Source: Candidatus Latescibacterota bacterium (GTDB lineage Bacteria; Latescibacterota; UBA2968; GCA-2709665). From it: DNA of 64,000 bases. Shown here piece after piece: positions 1 to 9,031 of this stretch. Position numbers and translations under genes: made by a program. Below the pieces are notes generated by a model, which saw only the letters and a program-made list of their open reading frames with translations, did not search any database and was not told the origin of the DNA. The stretch's first letter is position 1. Each line of letters begins with the position of its first letter. Where the stretch lies: assembly GCA_965116875.1 (NCBI GenBank), contig OZ220733.1, positions 2,400,001 through 2,464,000 of the forward strand. The letters are read 5' to 3'.

Positions 1-1223
1 CTGATCTGTCGGGACGTTTCAGGGTGCGTTTCCGGGAACCTGACCTGAGCCATCTGAAGGGCAGGTTTTCCGATCATCGTGGAGAACTGGTGGAAACTAC
101 GGGAGCGGAGGGCTTGCCGGCACAACGGCTGTTCTACCGCTCGGCCGCACCGGTAAGTGACCCGCAAGGCAACGTAATCGGCAATGTGGTGCTCTTTCGC
201 GATGTGTCCAGGGAAATTGACGCCGAGCAGATGAAGGCGGAAGTCCGGCGGCTGCGCACCGAACTGGAAACGACCTATTCCTTTGCGGGAATGGTCGGCG
301 AGAGCCGGGGTATGCAGCGTGTGTACGCGCTGATGAAGCAGGCTGCCGAGAGCGACATTACGGTGCTGATCCAGGGCGAAAGCGGCACCGGTAAAGAGCT
401 TGTCGCCAGGTCGTTTCATTTCAACAGTCCGAGGAAGGAAGGTCCGTTCGTGGCTCTCGACTGCGCCACCATGCCCGTGTCGCTCATCGAAAGCGAACTG
501 TTCGGGCACGAAAAGGGAGCCTTTACAGGGGCAACTACCCGGAGAGTCGGCGCATTCGAGCGTGCAGACCGGGGTACGATCCTGATCGACGAAATCGGCG
601 ACCTTCCTTACGCGCTGCAGGGAAAACTTCTGCGCGTGCTGCAGGAACGGGAAATCCAGCGGATCGGAGGAAAAGCCCCGATATCCGTCGACATCCGGGT
701 GATTGCGGCCACCAACAAGGACCTGGAGCGCGCGGTCAGCACGGGCGAGTTCCGCGAAGATCTGTTCTATCGAGTCGCAGCATTCCCGATCGCAATTCCC
801 CCGCTACGAGAGCGGCGTGAGGATATTTCCCTGCTTGCTGAACATTTTATCGTGAAATTCGCCCAGCGAATGAACAAATCCATTGCCGGCATTTCGGCGG
901 CTGCCATGCGCCTGCTGCTGCAGTACGACTGGCCTGGCAACGTACGTGAACTGGAAAACGCCATCGAGCGTGCGGTGCTTCTGGAAACGGAAGATGTCAT
1001 TCAGGCCGGCAATCTTCCGCCTCAACTTTCCCCGGCAATTGCAACCGGACAGGGGACCGGCACATCGACGCCGGTCCTCTCGCTCAAAGAGGTTGAACGG
1101 CAAGCCCTGTACGTGGCCCTTGAAGCCGCTGACGACAACGTCACCCGTGCCGCGCACGCGCTGGGCATACATCGGGCGACTCTGCACAGAAAACTGAAGA
1201 AACACAACATGGACAGGGACTGA
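1..1223 (+). CDS. Sigma-54-dependent transcriptional activator (PAS-like + AAA+ + Fis HTH), probably 5'-truncated by the window edge
   Basis: Walker A GESGTGKE, ESELFGHEKGAFTGA motif, WPGNVRELEN, C-terminal HTH (NVTRAAHALGIHRATLHRKLKK). Confidence 0.95.
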   Translation, partial: DLSGRFRVRFREPDLSHLKGRFSDHRGELVETTGAEGLPAQRLFYRSAAPVSDPQGNVIGNVVLFRDVSREIDAEQMKAEVRRLRTELETTYSFAGMVGESRGMQRVYALMKQAAESDITVLIQGESGTGKELVARSFHFNSPRKEGPFVALDCATMPVSLIESELFGHEKGAFTGATTRRVGAFERADRGTILIDEIGDLPYALQGKLLRVLQEREIQRIGGKAPISVDIRVIAATNKDLERAVSTGEFREDLFYRVAAFPIAIPPLRERREDISLLAEHFIVKFAQRMNKSIAGISAAAMRLLLQYDWPGNVRELENAIERAVLLETEDVIQAGNLPPQLSPAIATGQGTGTSTPVLSLKEVERQALYVALEAADDNVTRAAHALGIHRATLHRKLKKHNMDRD

Positions 1224-1427
1224 AACGCGTACGGCATTCGGGCTGAGAATCCGCGAGACCGGCCATCGAGGATGGCCGACCCGACACAGCACGCGGTCCT
1301 CTCCCCTCTCAGCCCGGCGCTCAGTACTGCCCGTTCCGCCCCTGCGCCTGATGCACTACTATTTCGCGCAGCGGCCTCACCATACGGCCGCGAGTACGAA
1401 GAAGATGGTGTTTTTTTGCTAAAAACA

Positions 1428-1464
1428 ATCGCGGCAGTGTCGCAAATTGCGACACTGCCGCGAT
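1428..1464. repeat. Perfect 37-bp palindrome (18-bp arms); candidate enhancer-binding-protein site or bidirectional terminator
   Basis: atcgcggcagtgtcgcaa-a-ttgcgacactgccgcgat between convergent genes. Confidence 0.8.
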
Positions 1465-1481
1465 CTGTCAATGTGCCGACC

Positions 1482-2219
1482 CTACGACTTCCTCGCCACA
1501 AAGAACATCCTGCCGGGTTCCTGCGCACCCTCCAGAAGCGGGTCCTCGCAGTCGAACGTCCGGATCCCCTCGAATCCGGCGCTCCGGAGGCGTTCCGTGA
1601 TGCCCATCTCAGGATACCATCGCTGAAGAAGTGAAACGTCTGTCCGCTTCCAAGCCATCTCCTCCGACTCGAACACGGTCAGGTCCATCCTGCCGATCGT
1701 CTTCTCTTCATCTCTCGACGATCGCGCCACGCATACAAGATCGTCCTCGACAATGCCGAAACTGCCTCGCCATCGCTGCACGTAGGCCTCTTCCATGTTC
1801 AGGTCGAATTCGAAGCAGCCGCCGTCGTCCAGGACGGAGTGGACGTTTTGAAAGACCAGCTCGAGCTCATCCAGGCTCATCACGTGGTTCAGGCTGTCGA
1901 AGGTCGAAAACACCGCAGCGAACCGCCGGTTCAGGGAAAGTTCACGGGCATCCTGGACAAGGAACTGCACGTCAGGTGCGTTTTTCCTCGCGATCTCGAT
2001 CATCCCTTCGGACCCGTCCACGCCCGCAACCGCGTATCCCTTGTCGGACAGAACGGCCGCAAGCTGTCCGGTGCCGCAGCAGAGATCCAGAACGGCGCTG
2101 CCGGACGGCAAGTCGTGCAGGACGAGACGATCCAGCACCGGATAGATCCCGTCTGCAAAATATCCCCAATGCCTGTTGTAGACGTTGGCAATGGGGTCAT
2201 ACGCTTCGTAGCGTACCAT
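1482..2219 (-). CDS. Class I SAM-dependent methyltransferase
   Basis: VLDLCCGTG motif I, FDSLNH motif; start taken at MVRYEAYD. Confidence 0.9.
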   Translation of the reverse strand: MVRYEAYDPIANVYNRHWGYFADGIYPVLDRLVLHDLPSGSAVLDLCCGTGQLAAVLSDKGYAVAGVDGSEGMIEIARKNAPDVQFLVQDARELSLNRRFAAVFSTFDSLNHVMSLDELELVFQNVHSVLDDGGCFEFDLNMEEAYVQRWRGSFGIVEDDLVCVARSSRDEEKTIGRMDLTVFESEEMAWKRTDVSLLQRWYPEMGITERLRSAGFEGIRTFDCEDPLLEGAQEPGRMFFVARKS

Positions 2220-2339
2220 AGGGGGATTCCCTCCCATCGACGCAGGTTATGCCTATATGAAGACGGCCGGAGAAACACCGAATCGTTCTGACAGCGTGCG
2301 AATCTGCCGGAAGTCATTCTGGGAGATGTCGAATCGGTT

Positions 2340-2546
2340 TCACGCCTCAATTGGCGTCAGGCGGAAAACACTCGCAAACTGTGACGCGCGCTCCAGGTCA
2401 CCACGCTCCAGAGCCTCGCGAACATCATCCAGTTTATCCGTGTCGCTCACCGAGAGGTATGGAGCCCATCCCGCTTCACCATCGATCAACTCCACCTCGA
2501 CCTCGGCAGCATATTCTCTGACGCGTACCAGTTTTTTGGTTGTCAT
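2340..2546 (-). CDS. Small conserved hypothetical protein (antitoxin-like, apparently orphan)
   Basis: 68 aa, EYAAEVEVELI..GWAPYLS..KLDDVREAL pattern recalled from small proteins in TA-like pairs. Confidence 0.65.
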   Translation of the reverse strand: MTTKKLVRVREYAAEVEVELIDGEAGWAPYLSVSDTDKLDDVREALERGDLERASQFASVFRLTPIEA

Positions 2547-2669
2547 GGTGGTGATGTTCTCGTCTCAACGAAACGCTCATCAGCGCATTCGGTAGACTCG
2601 CTGCTCCCACGTACCAAGTGTTGTGGGTCGGACTGCAGACTGTCCATTGCACTTTCATTTCGGCACCTT

Positions 2670-3467
2670 TCAGTGCGACTCAATATATCTTTTTCGCTCT
2701 TGAAATCCACCCCATTTGCGATGCGCTTTTCGAAGTTCCACGTCGATCGTATGAACGGTACTTTCTCCAACTTTCTTCGACGCTGTGATCGATTCCTCGC
2801 CGCTGGAGTCATACGCGAGACAGGCGAAGACCTCGGTGCCTTCATCTGAAGCTCCTGGCGCGGAATGAAAGGCTGCAACCAGCGGAGCGTGTAACCAGAA
2901 CGAGGCGGATTGACCTGCTTTGTGAAGGACGGACCAATTATGAGGTGTCCAGAAATATTGATCCGTCGGGGCCAATATCAGGTCGGGCTCATGCTGTCCC
3001 GCCGCCAGCACCGTTTCCGGCAGCATCCAGTCCGCACAGGCCAGGATTACCACCTTTTGGCCGCGAAATGGAATCGAACGAATCTCCTTCCCGGACGAGA
3101 ATATGGGAGGACGTATCGGGTTTCCAGCAAAGACTTTCCGCTGGATACCGCAGAGTACGCCTTCGGACGAAAGGCAGTGGGTCAGATAAAACTTGCCGGC
3201 TTCGGATTCAACAAAGCCTACGCAAACGGCGGTGGAACAGTCCTTCGTAAGCTGATTTACCATCCGCAATGCTTGCGATGTATCGGCGACGCCACGGAGC
3301 TGGGCGTTTCCGCCATCCAACCCGGTCAAAACCGCTTCGCCGAAAACGAACAGGTCTATATCGTCATTCGTATTTTCATTGAGCACGCGCCCGACCGCTT
3401 CAAAATTTCGCGAAAGCGCATTTGCTGCGACCGGGACGGACGCCAGGCCGATCTTTAATGCGGGCAT
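2670..3467 (-). CDS. Carbon-nitrogen hydrolase (nitrilase superfamily)
   Basis: Catalytic E-K-C triad contexts: FVFGEAVLTG, QRKVF, ILACAD. Confidence 0.85.
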   Translation of the reverse strand: MPALKIGLASVPVAANALSRNFEAVGRVLNENTNDDIDLFVFGEAVLTGLDGGNAQLRGVADTSQALRMVNQLTKDCSTAVCVGFVESEAGKFYLTHCLSSEGVLCGIQRKVFAGNPIRPPIFSSGKEIRSIPFRGQKVVILACADWMLPETVLAAGQHEPDLILAPTDQYFWTPHNWSVLHKAGQSASFWLHAPLVAAFHSAPGASDEGTEVFACLAYDSSGEESITASKKVGESTVHTIDVELRKAHRKWGGFQERKRYIESH

Positions 3468-3504
3468 GTTCTCGATCTTTCCTTTGCCGCGGCGCCCATC
3501 TCAC

Positions 3505-4233
3505 TCACGGATCCCGCCGCATCAGGGAATAGCTCTGCGCGGTGGGGCCGATGTCGGGCTGCGTCGCCAGAAAGAGCGCCATCGGCACGACGTCTTCGGG
3601 AGACTTGAACCACTCGCCTTCGATGTGGAGTACCGCGTCCATATCCGTTCGTACCGGTCCCGGGATGAGTTCGTTTACGCTGATGTTGTGCTGCCGGAGT
3701 TCCTGAGCGAGAACGCGCGTCAACATCCAGAGCCCGGCTTTCGAGCAGCAGTAGGCCGAACTCTCCGCGAATCCCTTGTGGCCCATGCCGGAACCGATGG
3801 TGATGATCTTTCCCGCGCCCCGCCGCTTCAGGGCCGGAATCGCCGCCCTGGCGCAAAAGTACGCGCCAAGCAGATTCGTGCGTATCGTCTCCTCCCAGGC
3901 AGCCGGATCGCCCTCCTCAACGGAACCGTGATCCAGGTTCACACCCGCATTGAGGATGACGATGTCTATGCCACACAGTTCCGCTTCCGCAAATTCGAAA
4001 AGCGCATGTACAGTATCCTGTTGCCTTACGTCCGCCCGGAACGCGACCCCGATTCCGCCCTCTCCACGAATTTCCCGCACGGTTTCCTGAATCTCGGTTT
4101 CGGTCCTCGCCGCACAGCAGACCGATGCGCCCTCCCGTGCGTAACCCAGTGCGATCGCGCGCCCGATGCCGCGTCCGGCGCCGGTTATGACAGCGACCTT
4201 CCCCTCAAGCTTCCTTCCAACGTGTTCAGGCAT
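3505..4233 (-). CDS. SDR family oxidoreductase
   Basis: TGAGRGIG, NAG, YCCSK (YxxxK). Confidence 0.93.
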   Translation of the reverse strand: MPEHVGRKLEGKVAVITGAGRGIGRAIALGYAREGASVCCAARTETEIQETVREIRGEGGIGVAFRADVRQQDTVHALFEFAEAELCGIDIVILNAGVNLDHGSVEEGDPAAWEETIRTNLLGAYFCARAAIPALKRRGAGKIITIGSGMGHKGFAESSAYCCSKAGLWMLTRVLAQELRQHNISVNELIPGPVRTDMDAVLHIEGEWFKSPEDVVPMALFLATQPDIGPTAQSYSLMRRDP

Positions 4234-4390
4234 TGAGCGTTCTCCCGTCACGAACCACATTCAGGCGTGCTTTTGGTTGATTGCCTTACGTGCACTCGAC
4301 TTATCGAATCCAGCCTTCTGCCGTGTGGTCATTTAGCATGCCTGCATTGAGTTCGTCGAGTTGCTCATTCGCTGCTACCCATCACGATAC

Positions 4391-4458
4391 TCTTCGCCGA
4401 CCCTTCGACCCTTCGACAGGCTCAGGGACCGCAAGCTCAGGGAGCGGCTCAGGATGCG
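4391..4458 (+). repeat. Nested CTTCGAC..GCTCAG-type REP-like repeats
   Basis: cccttcga[cccttcgacaggctcagggaccg]caagctcagggagcg, itself flanked by tcttcgccga / gctcaggatg. Confidence 0.7.
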
Positions 4459-4471
4459 GTGCAGCTGGCTC

Positions 4472-4747
4472 TTATCCCACGGAAAAGTGCAACTTTCTCC
4501 CGATCGCTTCCGCATACTTGCGCAGTGTTGACAGTCTGATATCCTGTGCATGGTTTTCCATTCTTGAAATCGCGGATCTCCGGGTGTTCAGCTTTTTTGC
4601 CACCTCCTCCTGGGTAAAGCCGGCCTCCTTTCGGGCTTCCCGGAGCAAAACACCGATCTTGAATTCCAGATAGCCGCTTTCGTAGTTCTCGGCGAATTCT
4701 GGGTCTCTTGCTTTGCGTTTCTCAACGTATTTCTTTAGATCGCTCAT
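4472..4747 (-). CDS. XRE-family HTH antitoxin (HigA-like)
   Basis: LREARKEAGFTQEEVAKKLNTRRSAISRMEN; overlaps the upstream toxin. Confidence 0.9.
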   Translation of the reverse strand: MSDLKKYVEKRKARDPEFAENYESGYLEFKIGVLLREARKEAGFTQEEVAKKLNTRRSAISRMENHAQDIRLSTLRKYAEAIGRKLHFSVG

Positions 4748-5093
4748 GGCGTTTCCTCCTGAAATAATCCGTCTTTCTTTGTTCTGCCAGGCGGATGTCA
4801 GATCTTCTCGTCTCCTGTGTCTTCTTAGAAAATGCGTGACCAAGAACCACCAAACTTGGTCCGTCGAAAAAGGAAAGAAACCTTAACGAACCGTTTCCAA
4901 TGTTCACCCTGACCTCCCAGATGTCGTCCGTATCGACCAGTTTACGGAAGTATTGTTGCGGGACGATCTCCAGTTCTTCGATGATGCCCAACGTCCAGGT
5001 GGCTTTTGCACTCTGCTTTGAAGTAAGAGAATCCAGAAACTGTTCGACAGGGCATCGACCTGATTGTGTCCGGTAGAATATGATCTCTCTCAT
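4722..5093 (-). CDS. RelE/ParE-superfamily toxin (Gp49/HigB-like)
   Basis: FYRT.SGRCPVEQFL, IWEVRV, LGHAFSKKTQET motifs; toxin-first order. Confidence 0.9.
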   Translation of the reverse strand: MREIIFYRTQSGRCPVEQFLDSLTSKQSAKATWTLGIIEELEIVPQQYFRKLVDTDDIWEVRVNIGNGSLRFLSFFDGPSLVVLGHAFSKKTQETRRSDIRLAEQRKTDYFRRKRHERSKEIR

Positions 5094-5103
5094 GTCCAAA
5101 AGT

Positions 5104-5117
5104 TAACAAATATGTTA
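5104..5117. promoter_or_regulatory. Putative operator palindrome of the HigBA-like operon
   Basis: taaca-aata-tgtta immediately upstream of the toxin start in an AT-rich stretch. Confidence 0.5.
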
Positions 5118-5209
5118 CGAAGTTCAAGAAAAATATAAATTATTTTTCGTGATCAATGTCAATCGTTCTAAGGTAATTAGGACAATTGGCCCAGTGCCTG
5201 ATTCGTCCA

Positions 5210-5764
5210 TCATTTCGTCCGATTCCTTCTCGCCTCCCATTCACATCGCAACAGACCGCACCACACCGTATTCCTGAACTTCCCCCTCACGTATTGGTCC
5301 TGTCGCAACACGCCCTCGCGGACCATGCCAAGCTTCTCCAGGACCCTGGCGGAACCGGCGTTCTGCTCGTCGGTCGTCGCCTGGATGCGATTCAGGTCGG
5401 GACAGACAGCAAACGCCTCGTCGATCACGGCGCCGGCCGCTTCCGTGACCAATCCTTTCCCCCAGAGACGCCTGGCAATGCTATAGCCGATTGTGCCGAC
5501 GCGATTATTGAGGTCCAGCCCGATATTGACGCCACCGACGGCGGACCCCGCGCATTCAATCGCCCAGGACGCACGTTTTGCGCGGTCCTGCGACAACTGG
5601 CTCTTCAGATACCCCTCGGCGTCGGCTCTCGTATAGGGATGCGGAACCGGGCCAAGATAACGCGCCCATTCGGGATCGGATGCGTAGGAAAGGACGTCCT
5701 CGACGTCGTCGAGGCTGTATGGTCTGAGGATCATCCGTTCTGTTTTGATAACTTCCGGGAGCAT
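5210..5764 (-). CDS. GNAT N-acetyltransferase (RimJ/RimL type)
   Basis: IKTERMILRP, WGKGLVTEA, NAGSARVLEKLGMVREG. Confidence 0.92.
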   Translation of the reverse strand: MLPEVIKTERMILRPYSLDDVEDVLSYASDPEWARYLGPVPHPYTRADAEGYLKSQLSQDRAKRASWAIECAGSAVGGVNIGLDLNNRVGTIGYSIARRLWGKGLVTEAAGAVIDEAFAVCPDLNRIQATTDEQNAGSARVLEKLGMVREGVLRQDQYVRGKFRNTVWCGLLRCEWEARRNRTK

Positions 5765-6026
5765 TCCCCAATCCTTCCTTGATGACCTGAAGTGACGACG
5801 GGTGGCGGGCGTTCACCGTTCGCTCGACCTCTGGCCTCACCAACGGCTAATGCCCTGGGCAACTACACTTTACCTTAAAGTCCACTGTTGAACTGAAAGT
5901 TAGTTCATATCAGACGAAGTATTACGATTCAACTTTCCTAACTTGCCCTTGCCGCGAATACGCAACTTCGATATATTATCCTGACGCCCAGGGTCAAACG
6001 GCCCTATCGAATAGGAGGATACAGAA

Positions 6027-6590
6027 ATGGCAGAAGCGATACCATTTCCTGAAACAAAGGCTCTGGAAGACAAATTGCCCATAAATATCACGGCAGTTGA
6101 GAAAATTTGCGACTCTTATAGAGCGCAAAAAGAGAAGACTCGATTTGTCAGAGCCGGCGTCAAACGCCTTTGCGAAGATATGCAAGAAATAAACGATGAC
6201 ATGGTCGAAATCCTGAGTTCCAAATACACTTTTTTTGTAGGATCATTAGAAATCGTCGACGTAGATTCACTTGACGAAGAGTCGTTCAACAGAATTGCGC
6301 GTTATCTGGAATTGACTGAAAAAAGAGAAACAGACTATGTTGATTGGAAGGGCAGGATAAGATCTGCAATTTTGAAAATGAGGGAATGTAGAGTGAGATT
6401 TCCTGGAGCGGCGATAGAAATATTCAAATTTACAAGAATCGCAAATAAGACAGTGAAGAACATGGATCGCATCTTAAGTGTTTTAAGGGAGAGCCATTGG
6501 CGAATGAGCATTATCCATAACGCACGACGGACTCATTCCCCGAAGATTCATAGTTCAGCAGATGAAGCCTTAAAGGCATTGCGGGGATAA
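6027..6590 (+). CDS. Hypothetical protein; putative long antitoxin
   Basis: AGGAGG RBS, AT-rich, 11 bp upstream of a RelE-like gene; C-terminus HSSADEALKAL resembles RelB/DinJ-type tails. Confidence 0.7.
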   Translation: MAEAIPFPETKALEDKLPINITAVEKICDSYRAQKEKTRFVRAGVKRLCEDMQEINDDMVEILSSKYTFFVGSLEIVDVDSLDEESFNRIARYLELTEKRETDYVDWKGRIRSAILKMRECRVRFPGAAIEIFKFTRIANKTVKNMDRILSVLRESHWRMSIIHNARRTHSPKIHSSADEALKALRG

Positions 6591-6601
6591 AATCACCTGG
6601 A

Positions 6602-6934
6602 ATGAAACTCCCCCCTGTAAGATACTTCGAGGATCCGGACAACCATTCAAAAATAAAGAAACAATTCAAAAGACTCCCTTCACAAATACAAGAAGAAGTG
6701 GACAAGCTTTATGTTGAGATTGAAAAAGGACATTTGCCGAGAGGAAGAAGGCTGAAGAGGATCGATTTTTTTTATCAGGTTCGATTGAATAGGAATTTCA
6801 GGATGGCATTCTCGATAGTCAATGGGACGTTTAGACCCCTCCACATTGGTCCACATAGTTCTATGGACAAGTATATCAGACTGATATTGAAGCTTGGCCG
6901 AAAAACGAAAAAGGCAATGGTGGACAAGAAATAA
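6602..6934 (+). CDS. RelE/ParE-like toxin
   Basis: Basic 110-aa protein: KKQFKRLP..IQ, YQVRLNRNFRMAF, IGPH. Confidence 0.75.
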   Translation: MKLPPVRYFEDPDNHSKIKKQFKRLPSQIQEEVDKLYVEIEKGHLPRGRRLKRIDFFYQVRLNRNFRMAFSIVNGTFRPLHIGPHSSMDKYIRLILKLGRKTKKAMVDKK

Positions 6935-6985
6935 AAAGCTTGACATTGATTGATTTTCCGCGGTGACACGCCGTCGTTGAATGAA

Positions 6986-7030
6986 CCCCACGATCCTTTG
7001 TGCAAAGGAGTTGTGGGGCTGTTTTTTTTT
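6986..7030 (+). terminator. Rho-independent terminator
   Basis: ccccacgatcctttg-tg-caaaggagttgtgggg hairpin followed by a T run. Confidence 0.8.
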
Positions 7031-7286
7031 GAAATGAGGCTGTGTAAATAGTCAAAGCCGAGCGCGATTCCATACCATATATTGATTCAAAACAAATAAA
7101 ACCCCTATATATAGTATCCGATAGAGTGATAAATGGAGTTTTTGCACACTTTGGAAATGCAACAACGAGTACGAGCAAACTGACGTCGTTTCGATTGCCT
7201 ACCCAGACGTTGGGAAGGATTTCCAAACACGTGCAACGACGCTGCAAATTGGCTGAAATTTGGGAAGATATCGAAGAGTCAAACCA

Positions 7287-8141
7287 TCATCGAGCAAATT
7301 GGGATTCGATAGCGTTGACGAGACCCGGTACGTGCGGATCGAAGCCGTGATTCAGGGCAAAGAAGAGGACGAAGAAGAGCTTTCGATTCGAATGGTAATC
7401 CACCCTCGTCCAGAAATCGTCACCCAGCGGCAACCGGTAGGCCTCGGCCATATCCTCGGCGAACGGCTTCCCGAACCTGCGGTAAAAGGTAGCGAAATCT
7501 GTCGCCGGATCGTTCAGGCTGATGTCGCCGAAATCGATCACACCGGCCAGTTTCAATCCCGCCGCGTCGATCAGGACGTTGCCAGTCCCGAAATCCGAAT
7601 GGGTAACGGCATCCCGATACGGTGCGGACGTGATTCCCGATAGCGCCCGATGAAAATAGCCTTCGGCAATCTGCCGGGTAGAGGGAAGTAGACGCGGCGC
7701 GGCGGCCGGCCACAACTCCTCCCAGAAATCGCCGCCGCCGAACGGGGTGGGCTTGAGATGCCGCTGCTCGAACGAAACGGAGTGGAGACACGACAGGAAG
7801 TCGCCCAGGGCCGCCGCCAGTTTCGTTCGCGCGTTCCTGCCGAGACGCTTGAATATCGCCTCGGAAAACTTGACACCTTCGATCTTTTCGTAGGCGATAT
7901 AGTTGTCGCCCGAGTACCGAATCTCGGGGATCGGTAAGGGTGAATGTTCCTTGAACATCGGCAGGAATGCCTGCTCGACAGAAAGCTGCATATTCGAAGG
8001 GTCCCGGACGAAACGAAAGATCCACTTTCCGTTAACCTCCAGTACGATGTGCGTCCAGCCCTCATCCACGCGAACGATAGATTCGACTGGATCCTCAAAA
8101 ACGTCCCGGACGATTGATTCACAGGCATCCATTCGGTCCAT
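7287..8141 (-). CDS. Aminoglycoside phosphotransferase/kinase family protein (APH(2'')-like)
   Basis: HSDFGTGN catalytic loop, GVIDFGD, DPATDF; start taken at MDRMD. Confidence 0.88.
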   Translation of the reverse strand: MDRMDACESIVRDVFEDPVESIVRVDEGWTHIVLEVNGKWIFRFVRDPSNMQLSVEQAFLPMFKEHSPLPIPEIRYSGDNYIAYEKIEGVKFSEAIFKRLGRNARTKLAAALGDFLSCLHSVSFEQRHLKPTPFGGGDFWEELWPAAAPRLLPSTRQIAEGYFHRALSGITSAPYRDAVTHSDFGTGNVLIDAAGLKLAGVIDFGDISLNDPATDFATFYRRFGKPFAEDMAEAYRLPLGDDFWTRVDYHSNRKLFFVLFFALNHGFDPHVPGLVNAIESQFAR

Positions 8142-8186
8142 CACCAGGGTTTTCGTCGACCCGTCTCGACCCGGATAGTCTTCGGC

Positions 8187-8211
8187 GTAGGGGCGCCCCT
8201 TGTGGGCGCCC
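8187..8211 (+). repeat. GTAG-type REP palindrome
   Basis: gtag-gggcgccc-cttgt-gggcgccc. Confidence 0.7.
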
Positions 8212-8241
8212 GCCTTTTCAGCGAGGCGATTGCCTGCGATT

Positions 8242-8907
8242 TCAATCCCTTCCTTCTCGCTTCCAAAGTTCCAACGCATGCCGAAAGCCGATTTCGGGGC
8301 TGCTGAGGATCGGAATAGAGACTTCCGGGCACAGATTTGCGGCTCCCGCCATAGAGGCCTGGGCCAGTACGATGACGTCGCCTTCGGACGCACGCTCCTT
8401 CAATTTTCGGGCGATTTCACTGAAATAACCTTCGTTGTCACCCTCCTCGAGCCTGCTCCAGGCATTGTCACAGAGAACCTCGATCAAATCAATGCGCTTT
8501 TTGCGCGCACTCGCGACTTCGAGAATCAGGTTTCGCGTTGGAGCAAGGGTACTCTCGAGAGCCGCGGCAACGATGATTCGAGACCCGGTTTCGACGGCTT
8601 TCTCGGCCATCGGGCGGTCGACTCGAACAACGATGCCGTCCGCTGTGTCATTTGCACCCTCCGCACTCGCTCCAATTGTCGAACACGTGCAGAGCACCAC
8701 ACGCGCGCCTTCTTCGATCGCGGCGCCGATGCGGCCCTGAATACGTCCATCCAGGTCCTGGCTGATTCCCTTTTCGCGAGCCTCCGTCAAAAATCCTTCT
8801 TCAACAATATGTCTGACGGGCAATTCCGGATCGGCTTCCCCTACAAGGCGATCAAATGTATCGATCAGCACGGGTGTCGTGTGAAGAAACGCCAGGTGTG
8901 ATTTCAT
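8242..8907 (-). CDS. Asp/Glu/hydantoin racemase-family protein
   Basis: AFLHT, LCTCSTIG, RVDRPMA, VLAQASMA, LSSP motifs. Confidence 0.8.
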   Translation of the reverse strand: MKSHLAFLHTTPVLIDTFDRLVGEADPELPVRHIVEEGFLTEAREKGISQDLDGRIQGRIGAAIEEGARVVLCTCSTIGASAEGANDTADGIVVRVDRPMAEKAVETGSRIIVAAALESTLAPTRNLILEVASARKKRIDLIEVLCDNAWSRLEEGDNEGYFSEIARKLKERASEGDVIVLAQASMAGAANLCPEVSIPILSSPEIGFRHALELWKREGRD

Positions 8908-8957
8908 ACGATGAATTCCTTTCGTTGATAGGAAACGTCGTAATGCGGAGGAACCCA

Positions 8958-8982
8958 GGGCAACCACAAGGGTTGGCCCTAC
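8958..8982 (-). repeat. GTAG-type REP palindrome
   Basis: Reverse complement reads gtagggccaacc-cttgt-ggttgccc. Confidence 0.7.
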
Positions 8983-9031
8983 ACGGAATGAGGTACCCGC
9001 AGATGGAAAGTGGACGTTCCGGTCTCTTTTT

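Noticed and set aside
1230-1480. Sigma-54 promoter near the palindrome
   Set aside because: No convincing TGGCAC-N5-TTGC on either strand
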